Shown here: in pieces, positions 51,355-62,301 of the stretch
Layout: every line of letters begins with the position of its first letter
Position numbering within the stretch: the first letter of the stretch is position 1
Assembly: GCF_014859505.1 (NCBI RefSeq)
Contig: NZ_JACUUD010000002.1
Span: 4,166-68,165, forward strand
Reading direction: 5' to 3'
Length of the DNA stretch: 64,000 nt
DNA from: Halomonas sp.
Lineage (GTDB): Bacteria > Pseudomonadota > Gammaproteobacteria > Pseudomonadales > Halomonadaceae
The notes under the pieces: model-generated
The model's database searches: none
Told to the model about the DNA's origin: nothing
The model's input: the letters and a program-made list of their open reading frames with translations, nothing else
Translations under genes and position numbers: made by a program

Positions 51355-51452
51355 CGCTTCCTCCGCCGGTATGAACCGGATCAGGTCCAGGGTCGGCGCT
51401 TGGCCCTCTCAGCCCCCGCGGATGCGGCGGATGCGGCGGGACTCCCCTGGCG
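51355..51452 (-). ncRNA. TPP (THI-box) riboswitch
   Basis: Minus strand CCAGGGGAGTCC...GGGCTGAGAGG...ACCCTGGACCTGATCCGGTTCATACCGGCGGAGGAAG, the canonical TPP core; the SD GGAGG lies in the aptamer 3' side. Confidence 0.93.
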
Positions 51453-51556
51453 ACAAATGGATGAGTTGTGCACACCCGCCGCTGTCGGCACAGCAGCGGG
51501 TCGGAGGCATCATAGCGAGGCCGCGGGTTGGCGGCCAGCCAGCCTGCAGCGCAATG

Positions 51557-54500
51557 CTAGGCGGGCCTTGCCGCCTCGAAGAGTTCTGCAGGCATTGGGT
51601 ACTCCAACTCCCAGGTCATCGCAATGGGGCGGTCACCCTCGTAGCTGCGCAATGCTTTGGCCGGGCCGAGGAAGAGAAAGGGAGCCGTCTCCTTGTCTTC
51701 AATTCTCTTCGTAAGGCGCGCAAAGAAGAGGATGGTGTAGCCGCGCTCCGCGAAGTGAAGGTAGTTCTGACCGGTGGGGCTTTCCTGCGTAACCGTGGAC
51801 TGGCTTTCCCAATGCAGCAGCGTGCGGCTGATGGGGTAGTCGCGATAACGCGTGGTAGGGGAGAAGTCTTTTTCATCCTTTTGAAAAGTGATGAGGTGGA
51901 CATAGGCCCGAAGATGCTTGGCATTCAGCCGCCCCTGGCCGGTAGGCCCGGGCTTTTCCAGGCTGGACAGGCCTAAGGCAGCCTTTATCTCTGCGGTGCC
52001 ATAGGCGCCGTGCAGTAGTAGCTCACAGTCGAAAGGTAGTTCGCTTAACCGTTGCAGAGGCACCTGCTGATGAGCCCGCCGCCAGGCGGCAATCTCGGCA
52101 GCATCGGCCGCGATGCTTGGGTTAGCGCACCACTTTCGCAGTGACTGCTCGAGACTGTCGACACCGACCAGTCCCCCTTTCTGGCCCCACAGCAGGTAAT
52201 GCAAAGCCGTTTGTTTCGGGGTGTCATAGCGTCCCAGAGCCTCCTCGACGCCCTCAGGCTGGCCTAGGATCTCCACGGCCGAGAGGAGTTCGGGATCGCT
52301 GCGAAGCGCGATGCGCGGCAGGGCCTTGCGCGCCTGGTCGATATCAGGATCCTCGGGTGAGGCTTGGCGTTCGGCCAGTGCTTTCCACTCTGACCAACTT
52401 CGGCGTGACAACACCTGCACTGGTGTCAGCCCGCTCACCTCCAAGAAGCGCCCAAAGGTGAGCGGTTTCCCGACCTCTTCGGACCAGGTGCGCAAGGTTT
52501 CAGGGATAAACTGGTTCAGATCAGCCAGCACCGAGCGAATCTTGTTAATGACCTGCTCCCGAGCCACTCGCTCAAGCTGGATGCTACAGCCGGGCGGAAG
52601 GCTGGGAAAATCGGCTTCGACCTCACGATCTAGCCGCTGGCGTTGCCCGGAGAGCAGCGCAGTGAACTTGGTATCCAGCCGGTAGCGGCGATGGGTCTGC
52701 CCCACGAAGTCCAACACGGTGAGACACTCCTTCCCCGGTGCATGACGCAACCCTCGCCCCAACTGCTGCAAGAACACCGTCAGGCTTTCGGTTGGGCGAA
52801 GGAACATCACCAGGTTGATATCCGGCACGTCGACACCTTCGCTGAGCACATCCACGGTAAACAGGAAAGGCAGCTTGCCCTCTCGAAACTCCCGGAGGCG
52901 CTGGGCACGGATCTCCGCCGGGGTATCACCGAGCAGCACGGCGGCTCGATAGTCATCACCCAGAGCTCTGAAGCTTTCAGCCATATACTCGGCGTGTCGC
53001 ACACCGGCGCAGAAACCTACTGCCCGCAAGCCTCGGAGATCGGGCTGGTAGCGCTCCAATGCTTGCCTGACGGTATCGACGCGCTGTCGAGCACGAAAGT
53101 CATCGCCGGTAAGGAGGTTCTCAAGCTTCCGGGCGTCATAGCGTCCATTCTGCCATAGGCTATCGTCACTGAGATCGATGCTGTCGCTGACGCCGAAGTA
53201 ATGAAAGGGGCACAGCAGCTTCTCTTCCAGCGCCTCAGGGAGGCGAATTTCCGCGGCATACTCACCGCCGAAGTCCGGCAAGATACTGCTACCATCCATT
53301 CGTTCTGGAGTGGCTGTCAGGCCCAGCAGCAGCCGCGGGCTCAGCTCATCGAATAGCGCTCGATAGCTGCTGGCGGCACCGTGATGGGCCTCATCGATCA
53401 CCACAAAGTGGAAGTGATCAGCACCGAGCCTTTCCCAAGGACGCTGCCGATTCAGCGTCTGCACCGAGGCAAACAGGTGGCGGTGCTCGGTTGGCGTCTG
53501 TCCACCCACCCAGAGTTCACCGAAGTTCTGATCACGCAGCACAGTGCGAAAGCAGGCCAGGGCCTGCTCCAGGATCTCCTTGCGATGTGCCACAAACAGC
53601 AGCGGCACCTGGCGCCCCTCGCGGCCGCAGAACTGTCGATAGTCTAAAGCCGAGATGACGGTCTTCCCGGTACCGGTAGCTGCCACGACCAGGTTCCGGA
53701 AAGAACCACGCTGACGCGCGGCGTCAATCGCCTCCAGTATCCGCAATTGGAAAGGACGCGGCGTAATCTCGGCAAAGAAGGTTACCCCGTCTCGGTCACG
53801 CTGCTTATGCACCGCGATCGCCTGCCGAAATCGATCAAAGTCTGCCTCGGTATAGGGCTCAAATTCATCGCTCTCCCAGTAGGCAGAAAATTCGGCGGCG
53901 AACCGCTCCAGGATGTGCCCCATATCCTGTTCGGTAGCCTTAACGGTCCACTCTAGCCCCTGAGTCATCGCCGAATGCGACATATTTGCCGAGCCGATAT
54001 AGGCCGTTGAGTAGCCGCTGTCTCGGCGGAAGTGGTAAGCCTTGGCGTGGAGACGCGTACCGCCGGTATCGTAGGAGACGCGCACGGTGACATTAGGCTG
54101 TCGGGTCAGCCACTCCAGTGCCGTAGGGTCACTTGCCCCCATATAGCTGGTGGAGATCAGACGCACCGGCACCCCTCGATCGGCTAGACGCTCGAGGGCC
54201 GGCATCAGCAGCCGCAACCCTGACCATTTAATAAACGAAACCAGAATATCGACGCTATCCGCCGTCGCCATTTCGGCGCGAAGCTCATGCTCTAACGGCG
54301 GATCATGGCCTAAACCGGTGAGCAACGCGCTCGTTCCAAGCGGTGTGTGCGAACGAGGCAGGGATTCTTGTCCGCTAACGAGCTCTGTAAGCACCGACTT
54401 TTCAGTACTCAGCAGACGCTTTCGAGTCAGGTAGTCGAGCCCGTCGGTGGCCGAGACCAGCTCAATGATACGGTTAACCAAACGTAGACGCTCCTTGGCA

Positions 54501-54676
54501 TCTACGATCCGCAGGGCTCGATGGAGTAGCTGACCGATAAACTGGGAGTAGGCATGAGGGGCTGTTTCATCATCAAGGGCACGAAGCACAGGCTTGAGCT
54601 CAGGGTGCTCATCCAACTGTACCTTTAATTCCTCATCGAGCAGCCGCTCATACAAGCCTTCCGGTAGCCGATCCAT
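51557..54676 (-). CDS. PLD-nuclease + SF2 helicase + DUF3427 protein (SauUSI-like type IV restriction enzyme)
   Basis: LHAKAY...YIGSANMS (PLD), AATGTGKT, VIDEAHH, GLTATPER, DVLSEGVDVP, QQLGRGLR; C-terminal FSPTTRYRDYPIS..LLHWESQ; more A/T-ending codons than its neighbours. Confidence 0.82.
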   Translation of the reverse strand: MDRLPEGLYERLLDEELKVQLDEHPELKPVLRALDDETAPHAYSQFIGQLLHRALRIVDAKERLRLVNRIIELVSATDGLDYLTRKRLLSTEKSVLTELVSGQESLPRSHTPLGTSALLTGLGHDPPLEHELRAEMATADSVDILVSFIKWSGLRLLMPALERLADRGVPVRLISTSYMGASDPTALEWLTRQPNVTVRVSYDTGGTRLHAKAYHFRRDSGYSTAYIGSANMSHSAMTQGLEWTVKATEQDMGHILERFAAEFSAYWESDEFEPYTEADFDRFRQAIAVHKQRDRDGVTFFAEITPRPFQLRILEAIDAARQRGSFRNLVVAATGTGKTVISALDYRQFCGREGRQVPLLFVAHRKEILEQALACFRTVLRDQNFGELWVGGQTPTEHRHLFASVQTLNRQRPWERLGADHFHFVVIDEAHHGAASSYRALFDELSPRLLLGLTATPERMDGSSILPDFGGEYAAEIRLPEALEEKLLCPFHYFGVSDSIDLSDDSLWQNGRYDARKLENLLTGDDFRARQRVDTVRQALERYQPDLRGLRAVGFCAGVRHAEYMAESFRALGDDYRAAVLLGDTPAEIRAQRLREFREGKLPFLFTVDVLSEGVDVPDINLVMFLRPTESLTVFLQQLGRGLRHAPGKECLTVLDFVGQTHRRYRLDTKFTALLSGQRQRLDREVEADFPSLPPGCSIQLERVAREQVINKIRSVLADLNQFIPETLRTWSEEVGKPLTFGRFLEVSGLTPVQVLSRRSWSEWKALAERQASPEDPDIDQARKALPRIALRSDPELLSAVEILGQPEGVEEALGRYDTPKQTALHYLLWGQKGGLVGVDSLEQSLRKWCANPSIAADAAEIAAWRRAHQQVPLQRLSELPFDCELLLHGAYGTAEIKAALGLSSLEKPGPTGQGRLNAKHLRAYVHLITFQKDEKDFSPTTRYRDYPISRTLLHWESQSTVTQESPTGQNYLHFAERGYTILFFARLTKRIEDKETAPFLFLGPAKALRSYEGDRPIAMTWELEYPMPAELFEAARPA

Positions 54677-54812
54677 GCATTACCCCACTTTCCCTATTCC
54701 AATGCCCACCAAGGTATCAGCAATTGGATAGCATTGGGCGCTCTCCGCCTTCGCGCAGGAAACCTGCGCTCCCACAATGAACCAGCGGCTTCTCAAAGGC
54801 CCTATCCTCCCG

Positions 54813-55400
54813 CTACTTCTCCCGCGGCACCCGGCCCATCAGGTAGAACTCCTCGTTGGGCGGGGTGCCGGCGAGGGTGACCAGGCGGTTGGACATGCCG
54901 AAGAAGGCGGCGATGGCGCCGATGTCCCAGATGTCATCCTGGGTGAAGCCGACCTCCAGCAGGCGGGTTTGCCATTCGTCGGTGAGCTCGCCGACCTCGA
55001 GACCGCTGTGCATGGCGAAGTCGAGCATCACGGTGTGGCGCTCGCTCAGGCCGGCGACGCGGTGGTTGATGGCCACCTGGTCGGCCAGCAGCGGGTCCTT
55101 GCTGTAGATGCGCACCAGGGCACCGTGGGCGACCACGCAGTAGAGGCAGCGGTTGCGGGCGCTGGTGGCCACCACGATCATCTCCTTTTCCGCCTTGGTC
55201 AGGGTGTCGGACTCCCGCTCCATCAGGGCGTCGTGGTAGGCGAAGAAGGCGCGGAACTCCGCGGGGCGATGGGCCAGCATCAGGAAGACGTTGGGGATGA
55301 AGCCGGCCTTCTCCTGCACCGCCAGCATGGCGTCGCGGATGTCCTCGGGCAGGTCCTGGATCGACTCGGGAATGGGAAACTGGCTGATCGGGGTGGTCAT
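54813..55400 (-). CDS. AhpD/carboxymuconolactone-decarboxylase-like peroxidase-related protein
   Basis: GFIPNVF..LAHRP, EKEMIVVATSARNRCLYCVVAHG (CxxC), FFGMSNR. Confidence 0.85.
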   Translation of the reverse strand: MTTPISQFPIPESIQDLPEDIRDAMLAVQEKAGFIPNVFLMLAHRPAEFRAFFAYHDALMERESDTLTKAEKEMIVVATSARNRCLYCVVAHGALVRIYSKDPLLADQVAINHRVAGLSERHTVMLDFAMHSGLEVGELTDEWQTRLLEVGFTQDDIWDIGAIAAFFGMSNRLVTLAGTPPNEEFYLMGRVPREK

Positions 55401-55552
55401 GGTGGCTCCTGGGTTGTGCTTGTTATAAGACCATTCCAGTTAACGTCAACGTCATCCTGCTGTCCATACGATCTCGGTTGCAGGCGGCTTCTGAAAGGGT
55501 CTGCGGTTGGCCTGACCTTCGGTGTGATTGGCCGGGAGTCCTTCGGCCTCCA

Positions 55553-55579
55553 TTCGCGCAGCAAAGCTGTGCTCCTACA
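55553..55579 (-). repeat. Single GTAG-type REP-like element
   Basis: Minus strand TGTAGGAGCACAGCTTTGCTGCGCGAA: GTAG followed by an imperfect palindrome, resembling Pseudomonas REPs. Confidence 0.35.
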
Positions 55580-55645
55580 GGGGCGTACAAAAGCACGACC
55601 CCGCCTCTCTCGAGACGGGGCCGCGTTGTCACCGAGCGGAGCGAA

Positions 55646-57145
<1,500 letters not shown>

Positions 57146-57314
57146 GGGCGTGCTCCTCTCTCTACTGTCGCTGCCCGGGGAATCGGCCTTGTTGTTGGAA
57201 CTTGCCGTGGATCACCCTGGCATTAGACTTTGTGTGTATAAAAACACGGAAGGTGATGGAGACGAGTCTATCCAGAGGTCGGATGGCGTGACAACGGGCA
57301 GTCGGGCACATTCT

Positions 57315-57332
57315 TTGTGCATTGATGCACAA
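57315..57332. promoter_or_regulatory. Palindromic operator in the mmsA/LysR divergent region
   Basis: TTGTGCA-TTGA-TGCACAA perfect inverted repeat; probable LysR recognition site. Confidence 0.6.
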
Positions 57333-57367
57333 CAGGCGGCCTGAACAGGCACCAACGGAAGGGCCCT

Positions 57368-58309
57368 ATGCTCGACTGGCAGGATATCCAGATCTTTCTC
57401 GAGGTGGCACGCAGCCAGCGGCTCACCGATGCCGCCCGCCGCCTCGGGCTCGACCACTCCACCCTCTCCCGGCGCACCCGGCGCTTCGAGCAGAAGCTCA
57501 ACACCCAGCTCTTCGAGCGCAGCACCCACGGCTACCACCTCACCGAGGCGGGCCAGCAGCTGCTCGCCCACGCCGAGGAGATGGCCCGCCACGCCTTCGA
57601 GGCCGGCGAGAGCCTCACCGACAAGAACCACCAGATCAGCGGCCAGATTCGTCTGGGGGTGACCGAGGGGTTCGGCACCTGGGTGATCGCCCCGCTGCTC
57701 TCGGCCTTCTGCGAGCGCCACCCCGGGGTCACCCTGGACCTCCTCGCCCTGCCCCGGGTGGTCAACCTGAGCCGCCACGAGGCGGACCTGGCCATCACCG
57801 TGGAGCGCCCGGTGAGCCCGGGCCTGGTGATCTCGCGGCTTTGCGACTACCGGCTGCGGCTCTACGCCAGCCAGGGCTACCTCGAGCGCCACGGCCGGCC
57901 CGAGCGCCTCGCCGAACTGGGCCGGCACCGGCTGATCGGCTACGTGGACGACCTGATCTTCAGCGAGCAGCTCAGCTACCTGGAGCCGCTGCTCGACCCG
58001 GCGGTGGTCGGCCACCCCGGACCGCACTTCGCCATGCGCAGTACCAGCGTCACCACCCAGCTCGCCGCCTGCCTGCACGGGGCGGGGCTGGCGGTGCTGC
58101 CCTGCTTCATGGCCAGCGCCTCGGAGACTCTCGTGAACGTGCTGGAGGAGGAGGTAGCGATCGACCGCCAGTTCTGGATCACCGCCCGCCAAGAGCAGCG
58201 CCGCCTGGCCCGGGTGCGGCTGCTGTGGGACTTCCTGCGCGAGGCGCTGGAGGCCAACCGCGCCTTTCTGATGGGCGAGAGCGGCAAGCTGGTACTTCCC
58301 GCCTCCTAA
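57368..58309 (+). CDS. LysR-family transcriptional regulator (MmsR-like, divergent from mmsA)
   Basis: LDWQDIQIFL...AARRLGLDHSTLSRR...LFERS...LTEAG HTH; EADLAI. Confidence 0.93.
   Translation: MLDWQDIQIFLEVARSQRLTDAARRLGLDHSTLSRRTRRFEQKLNTQLFERSTHGYHLTEAGQQLLAHAEEMARHAFEAGESLTDKNHQISGQIRLGVTEGFGTWVIAPLLSAFCERHPGVTLDLLALPRVVNLSRHEADLAITVERPVSPGLVISRLCDYRLRLYASQGYLERHGRPERLAELGRHRLIGYVDDLIFSEQLSYLEPLLDPAVVGHPGPHFAMRSTSVTTQLAACLHGAGLAVLPCFMASASETLVNVLEEEVAIDRQFWITARQEQRRLARVRLLWDFLREALEANRAFLMGESGKLVLPAS
58072..58282 (+). repeat. Left copy of a 211-bp direct repeat (LysR 3' end)
   Basis: Manual alignment to 60662-60872 shows 11 mismatches in 211 bp, with no indels. Confidence 0.92.
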
Positions 58310-58315
58310 GGCTGG

Positions 58316-60334
58316 CTAGTCGAAGAGGTCGTCCTCGGGGGCGCTCTCCTCGACATGCACCACCACGGCGTTACGTCCCTGGCGCTTGGAAGCGTAGCAG
58401 GCGGCATCGGCACGCGCCTGAATGGCCGCGATGGACGAGTCACCCGCCTGGAAGGCGGTCAGGCCGATGCTACCGGTCACAAAGAACTCCCGGCCATCTT
58501 GGATAACGCTGACCTGGCTCACCACCTCCCTGACCGACTCGGCAATCTTTCTGGCCTGGCTCAGGGTGCAACTCGGCAGCAGCAGGCCGAACTCATCGCC
58601 CCCCTGCCGGGCAAGATAGTCGTTGTGGCGCACCTCCCAAGCCACCACCTGGGCAACCCGGCGCAGCAGCTCGTCGCCTAGGGCGTGGCCACCCTCATCG
58701 TTGACGGGCTTGAAGTGGTCAAGGTCGAAAAGCAGCAGCGCCGAGGGAGTGCCGGTCTTGGTGAAATCGGCCATCGCCTCCTCCAGGCGGCGCTCGAAGC
58801 CGCGCCGGTTGAGCAGGCCGGTAAGCGGGTCGTGCTCGGCTTCCCAGCGCTGCAGGGCCTCCTGCTGTTGCCGCTCGGTGATGTCCTTGACCACGGCCAC
58901 GATGCCCAGGGGAGACTCTTCCTTCCGTACCAGGCACGCATGTACCTCGAGCCACAGCGGCTCACCGCCAGCATCCATGACCCGCAGCTGCCTGAGGAAA
59001 TCGTTGCCCCTGCCCAGGGTATGGCGCCACATGTCGATGGCCCCCTTTCGGTCATCCGGATGAATGCGTGCCAGTAAGGCCTTCCTGGTGGTGCCATACT
59101 CGATGCCCAGCATCTCGACCAGAGCGGGGTTCAGGTAGGTGATCTCGCCATCGAGCTGGGCCACAAACATGCCAGCGGGCGTCGAACCCAGCACGGCGTC
59201 GAGGAAGACTTCCCTGTCGCGCAGGCGAAGTAACGCCTGCCTGCGCTCCTGCTCCAGCCGGTTGAAGGCGTCCGAGACCTGAGTGAGCTCCTGAAGATCG
59301 GTTGCCAAGGCCAGCCGCTGACGCTTACCCTCGCCCACCTCGGCGATCTGCTGCTCCAGGCGGTGAAGCGGTGTCAGCTGACGGCCTACCCACCAGCGGG
59401 TGACCAACAGCATCAGCAGGGCCGCCACCACCCAGGTCCACCAGAGCCGCTCCAGAAACGCCTGCAGGGGCGACATCGCCTCGCTGCGCGGCATCATCAT
59501 CGCCAACACCCAACCGGCCTTCCTCACCTGCCGATAGGCTACCAGCATGGTGTCGCCTTCCAGCACATGTTGGGATTCCCCCTCCCAGCCGTCCAGCGCC
59601 AACTGGAAGTCGGGCGGATCCATACGCTGCAGGGATGCCACGGGACCGCTCAGGGAGCCAGGAATGAACACCGGCTCGCCAGCCGCCGTGAAGATGGCGA
59701 CGTGGCCATTATGCTGAAAGTTCTGGGACGCGATACTGCGCAGGAACTGGCCATGGGAAAGGTTGAGAAGGCCACCTACCACCCCGTTGAAGGTCCCATC
59801 GGCAGTGAAGCGGGGGACCAGCATAAACACCATAGGCTGCTGGCTCGCCCGGCCGATGAAGGGTTTGCTGACATAGGGCCAGGGGGAGTGGCTCAGCATC
59901 TGGAAATATTCGGTATGAGCGGTCTCGAAGCCGATACGGCCCGGATACTCCGGCAGATCGGCGATCACCCTGCCCTGGGCATCGGTGACCATGATGCCCT
60001 CGAAGTGCGCCAGCAGGCTGCGGTTCTGCTTGAGGAGCGGCGCCACCTCAACGCCGCCGTCTCCGGCCAGCTGGTGGGCGACATGAGTCAGTGCCGTAAA
60101 GCGCTGGCCGAACTGTTCCTGAAGCCCACGGCTCAGCACCTCGGCCTCATACCCCAGATAGGAGAGACTCTCCTTTCGCGCGAGCGTCTGACCGATGCCC
60201 CAGGCCAATCCCAGCAACAAACCTATGATGACTAGCCAGGTCACCACCATCCCTACCAGCAGGCGACCCTGCAGCCCCTGCAGACCCTGGCTCAGAGCAC
60301 CAGGCAACCATCGCTTCACGGCACTTCCCACCAT
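58316..60334 (-). CDS. Membrane-bound diguanylate cyclase (Cache-like periplasmic domain, HAMP-like linker, PAS, GGDEF)
   Basis: Two TM helices, IHPDD PAS motif, HDPLTGLLNRRGF, DLDHFKPVND..GH..GD, RHND-x5-GGDEF (I-site and active site intact). Confidence 0.92.
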   Translation of the reverse strand: MVGSAVKRWLPGALSQGLQGLQGRLLVGMVVTWLVIIGLLLGLAWGIGQTLARKESLSYLGYEAEVLSRGLQEQFGQRFTALTHVAHQLAGDGGVEVAPLLKQNRSLLAHFEGIMVTDAQGRVIADLPEYPGRIGFETAHTEYFQMLSHSPWPYVSKPFIGRASQQPMVFMLVPRFTADGTFNGVVGGLLNLSHGQFLRSIASQNFQHNGHVAIFTAAGEPVFIPGSLSGPVASLQRMDPPDFQLALDGWEGESQHVLEGDTMLVAYRQVRKAGWVLAMMMPRSEAMSPLQAFLERLWWTWVVAALLMLLVTRWWVGRQLTPLHRLEQQIAEVGEGKRQRLALATDLQELTQVSDAFNRLEQERRQALLRLRDREVFLDAVLGSTPAGMFVAQLDGEITYLNPALVEMLGIEYGTTRKALLARIHPDDRKGAIDMWRHTLGRGNDFLRQLRVMDAGGEPLWLEVHACLVRKEESPLGIVAVVKDITERQQQEALQRWEAEHDPLTGLLNRRGFERRLEEAMADFTKTGTPSALLLFDLDHFKPVNDEGGHALGDELLRRVAQVVAWEVRHNDYLARQGGDEFGLLLPSCTLSQARKIAESVREVVSQVSVIQDGREFFVTGSIGLTAFQAGDSSIAAIQARADAACYASKRQGRNAVVVHVEESAPEDDLFD

Positions 60335-60661
60335 TTTGATGCCTCACCGGGCATGCGAGGCAGGCTTGATGCCTACACCCAAAAATTGTAACGAACAATC
60401 GCCTTATTATTACATCATACTTAATTAAAAAAATGCCTCTCCACGCCGGCAGGTGCCGGACCTGGCCGCCCGCTGGCAGCGTTCTCGATCAAACCTGCCT
60501 GTCCCGGATATTACATCGGGAGAATCAGAAGCATTCAGATTCTAGGCTCGGTGCGGATGATGATGTTCCGGGCTTGTGGTTGGCTACTTTTTGATCAATT
60601 TCTTGGCCTCAGGGTGCACTTACCCTTCCCCTATATATTTTCTGTGGTTTTTCGCAGACTA

Positions 60662-60872
60662 CCTGCACGGCGCGGGCCTGGCCGTGCTGCCCTGCTTCAT
60701 GGCCAGCGCCGCGGAGACACTGGTGAACGTGCTGGAGGAGGAAGTGGCGATCGACCGCCAGTTCTGGATCACCGCCCGCCAGGAGCAGCGCCGCCTGGCC
60801 CGGGTGCGGCTGCTGTGGGACTTCCTGCGCGAGGCGCTGGAGGTCAACCGCGCCTTCCTGATGGGCGAGAGC
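60662..60872 (+). pseudogene. Orphaned duplicate of the LysR 3' end (right copy of the repeat)
   Basis: LHGAGLAVLPCFMAS...RAFLMGES without an HTH or credible start; preceded by AT-rich DNA. Confidence 0.88.
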
Positions 60873-60897
60873 CGCGAACTGCGGGTGACGGCCCGCG

Positions 60898-62301
60898 TCA
60901 GCCGCGCAGCAGCTGGCGGGACGCCTCGCGCCCGGCGATGGCGCCCATCACCACGGCGCTGAGCAGGCCATTGCCGGAGAGATAGCCGCTGTCGTTCGAC
61001 CCGGACACCCCGCGAGCCGCGCCGCCGGCGGCAAACAGGTTGGGGAGCGGCGTGCCGTCGCCCTTGAGGACCCGGGCCCGGGTGTCCACCTCGAGGCCGC
61101 CCTGGGTGTGGAACAGGGCGCCGGTGACCCTGATGGCGTGATAAGGCGGTTCCAGCAGGGTCTCGGGCGCGAAGTTGCGCCCGAAGCTGTCGGGCTCGCC
61201 GCTCTCGGCCAGGGCGTGCATCTCGGCGAAGGTCGCCTGCAGGGCCGCCGGCGGCATCTCGAGCCCCTCGGCCATGGCCTCCAGGCTGTCGAAGGTGCGC
61301 ACGGCGCCGGCCTCATGGGCATTGCGGTAGTCCTCGAACTCCAGCGCCGCCTGGTGGATGCGGGCATCGAAGAGGTTCCAGGCGATGCCGCCGGGCTGGG
61401 CCAGCACCCGGGCGGCCTGCTCGGAGTAGCCGCCGTGCTCGCTGGAGAAGCGCCTCCCCTCCCGGTTGAGCTGGACGCCCCCGCGCATCATCAGCGCCCA
61501 GGAGATCAGCGTCTGGTGGGGCGTGGCCAGGGAACCGTGCCCCTGACAGGCGCCCAGGTCCTTGAGGCTGGCGCCCATGGCCTCCCCCCACAGCAGGGCA
61601 TCGCCCTGGTTGCCCTCGTGGCCGTAGTAGAGGGCATCCTTCAGCGAGGGGATATGCCGCGCCACCAGCTCGGGGTTGCCGCCATAGCCGTTGCAGGCCA
61701 GCAGCAGGGCGTCGCAGCCGATGGACTCGCGGCTGCCGTCGGGGCGCTCAAGGGTCACGCCGCGCACGCGTCCCTCGTCATCCACATGCAGGTCGACCAC
61801 CCGGGCCTGGGTGAGGATATCGATGCCGGCCGCCTCGGCGGCATTGAGCAGGCAGCCCATCAGCTCCTCGCCCGTGCGTCGCGGCGTGGCATGCATGCGC
61901 ATGCGACTGTGCCCCGGGTAGAGGAAGCCCTCGACCAGGTTGAAGGGAATGCCGTGGGTGTCAGCCAGCCACTCCACGACACGGCCGGAATAATCGGCCA
62001 GGGCCTGGACGATGGCAGGGTCCGCCTCGTGGCCGTTCTTGGCCTGGATGTCGGCGGCCATCAGCTCGCCGCTGTCCTCCACGCCCTTCTCGGCCTGGAA
62101 GCGGGTCCCCGCGGCGGGAATGAAGCCGGAGGACATGAAGGTGCTGCCCCGCGGCAGCGCATCTCGCTCCAGCACAACCAGCTCGATGCCGCACTCGTGG
62201 GCGGCCAACGCCGCCACCAGGCCGCAGGCGCCGCCGCCGATGATCACCAGCGGCAGGTGGGCCTCGAAGACCGATTCTTCGCGGAAGGCCACGATGCCCA
62301 T
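60898..62301 (-). CDS. FAD-dependent oxidoreductase (flavocytochrome c/FAD_binding_2 family)
   Basis: IIGGGACG, GSTFMSSG.IPAAGT, ACNGYGGN, FHTQGGL, LFAAGGAA, GYLSGNGL; start MGIVAF at 62301. Confidence 0.85.
   Translation of the reverse strand: MGIVAFREESVFEAHLPLVIIGGGACGLVAALAAHECGIELVVLERDALPRGSTFMSSGFIPAAGTRFQAEKGVEDSGELMAADIQAKNGHEADPAIVQALADYSGRVVEWLADTHGIPFNLVEGFLYPGHSRMRMHATPRRTGEELMGCLLNAAEAAGIDILTQARVVDLHVDDEGRVRGVTLERPDGSRESIGCDALLLACNGYGGNPELVARHIPSLKDALYYGHEGNQGDALLWGEAMGASLKDLGACQGHGSLATPHQTLISWALMMRGGVQLNREGRRFSSEHGGYSEQAARVLAQPGGIAWNLFDARIHQAALEFEDYRNAHEAGAVRTFDSLEAMAEGLEMPPAALQATFAEMHALAESGEPDSFGRNFAPETLLEPPYHAIRVTGALFHTQGGLEVDTRARVLKGDGTPLPNLFAAGGAARGVSGSNDSGYLSGNGLLSAVVMGAIAGREASRQLLRG

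Noticed and set aside
60551-60985. ORFs 60551-60985 and 60576-60962 as new genes
   Set aside because: They are the duplicated LysR tail plus AT-rich non-coding sequence, and run into the convergent oxidoreductase.
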